NCBI GenBank assembly: GCA_044224875.1
Contig: JBGAJQ010000053.1
Coordinates: 1-36,140 of the forward strand
Origin: Gemmatimonadaceae bacterium
Lineage (GTDB): Bacteria > Gemmatimonadota > Gemmatimonadetes > Gemmatimonadales > Gemmatimonadaceae
Direction of reading: 5' to 3'
Length of the DNA: 36,140 bases
Made by a program: the position numbers and the translations under genes
Shown: positions 35,916 to 36,140 of the stretch, piece after piece
Layout: every line of letters begins with the position of its first letter
Numbering within the stretch: position 1 is the first letter of the stretch
Notes under the pieces: generated by a model
What the model was told of the DNA's origin: nothing
The model's input: the letters and a program-made list of their open reading frames with translations, nothing else
Databases searched by the model: none

Positions 35916-36140
35916 CTACAAGGGTCGCGCGCTCAGGTTGTTGATGAACCGCTGGAGTGGGATAAGGCTCGCCAGATACAACAGCACGGTGATGATACCA
36001 AGGAGTATGACGTCGCCATGGTGATCGCCAAGCAGCCCGTGATCGGTGACAATGAGCACCGCCGACAGCGGTACGAAAGCCGCTGGGGCCATGAGGGCGG
36101 CGGCCACGAGCACGGATTGCCCGACGTCGGAGGTCTGCCG
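35916..36140 (-). CDS. 3' end of a membrane-protein gene, truncated by the window edge
   Basis: Frame is open to the window end. Two hydrophobic segments. Stops 16 nt before the CHAT start. Confidence 0.5.
   Translation of the reverse strand, partial: RQTSDVGQSVLVAAALMAPAAFVPLSAVLIVTDHGLLGDHHGDVILLGIITVLLYLASLIPLQRFINNLSARPL

Overview
GC-rich bacterial DNA of accessory, envelope-oriented content. The mix of a SusC/SusD pair, an ADOP permease, a BTAD regulator, a DUF1592/DUF1552/ankyrin operon and many lipoproteins suggests Gemmatimonadota or a similar lineage (inference only). In order, the window holds: a YceI protein; a Tat-type VOC protein plus DUF1592 cytochrome, DUF1552 and ankyrin operon; an overlapping small-ORF/nucleotidyltransferase pair; an orphan cNMP histidine kinase; a second ankyrin gene with a structured, switch-like 5' leader; a lipoprotein; a 1368-aa BTAD-ATPase-TM-beta-propeller-Ig regulator; a His-rich secreted protein; vapBC; an amidase; an ADOP ABC permease; a patatin fused to a small beta-barrel; a PEGA-like protein with a basic tail; a hexaheme cytochrome c lipoprotein with an in-frame TAG; DUF2911; a lipoprotein; SusD/SusC; a PKD lipoprotein; and an EAD11-like/CHAT protease behind a truncated membrane-protein gene. 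Five genes carry local lesions, so assembly error must be excluded before any lesion or fusion is trusted. I saw no rRNA, tRNA, CRISPR array or transposase. Family assignments come from motifs recognised by eye, not from database searches.
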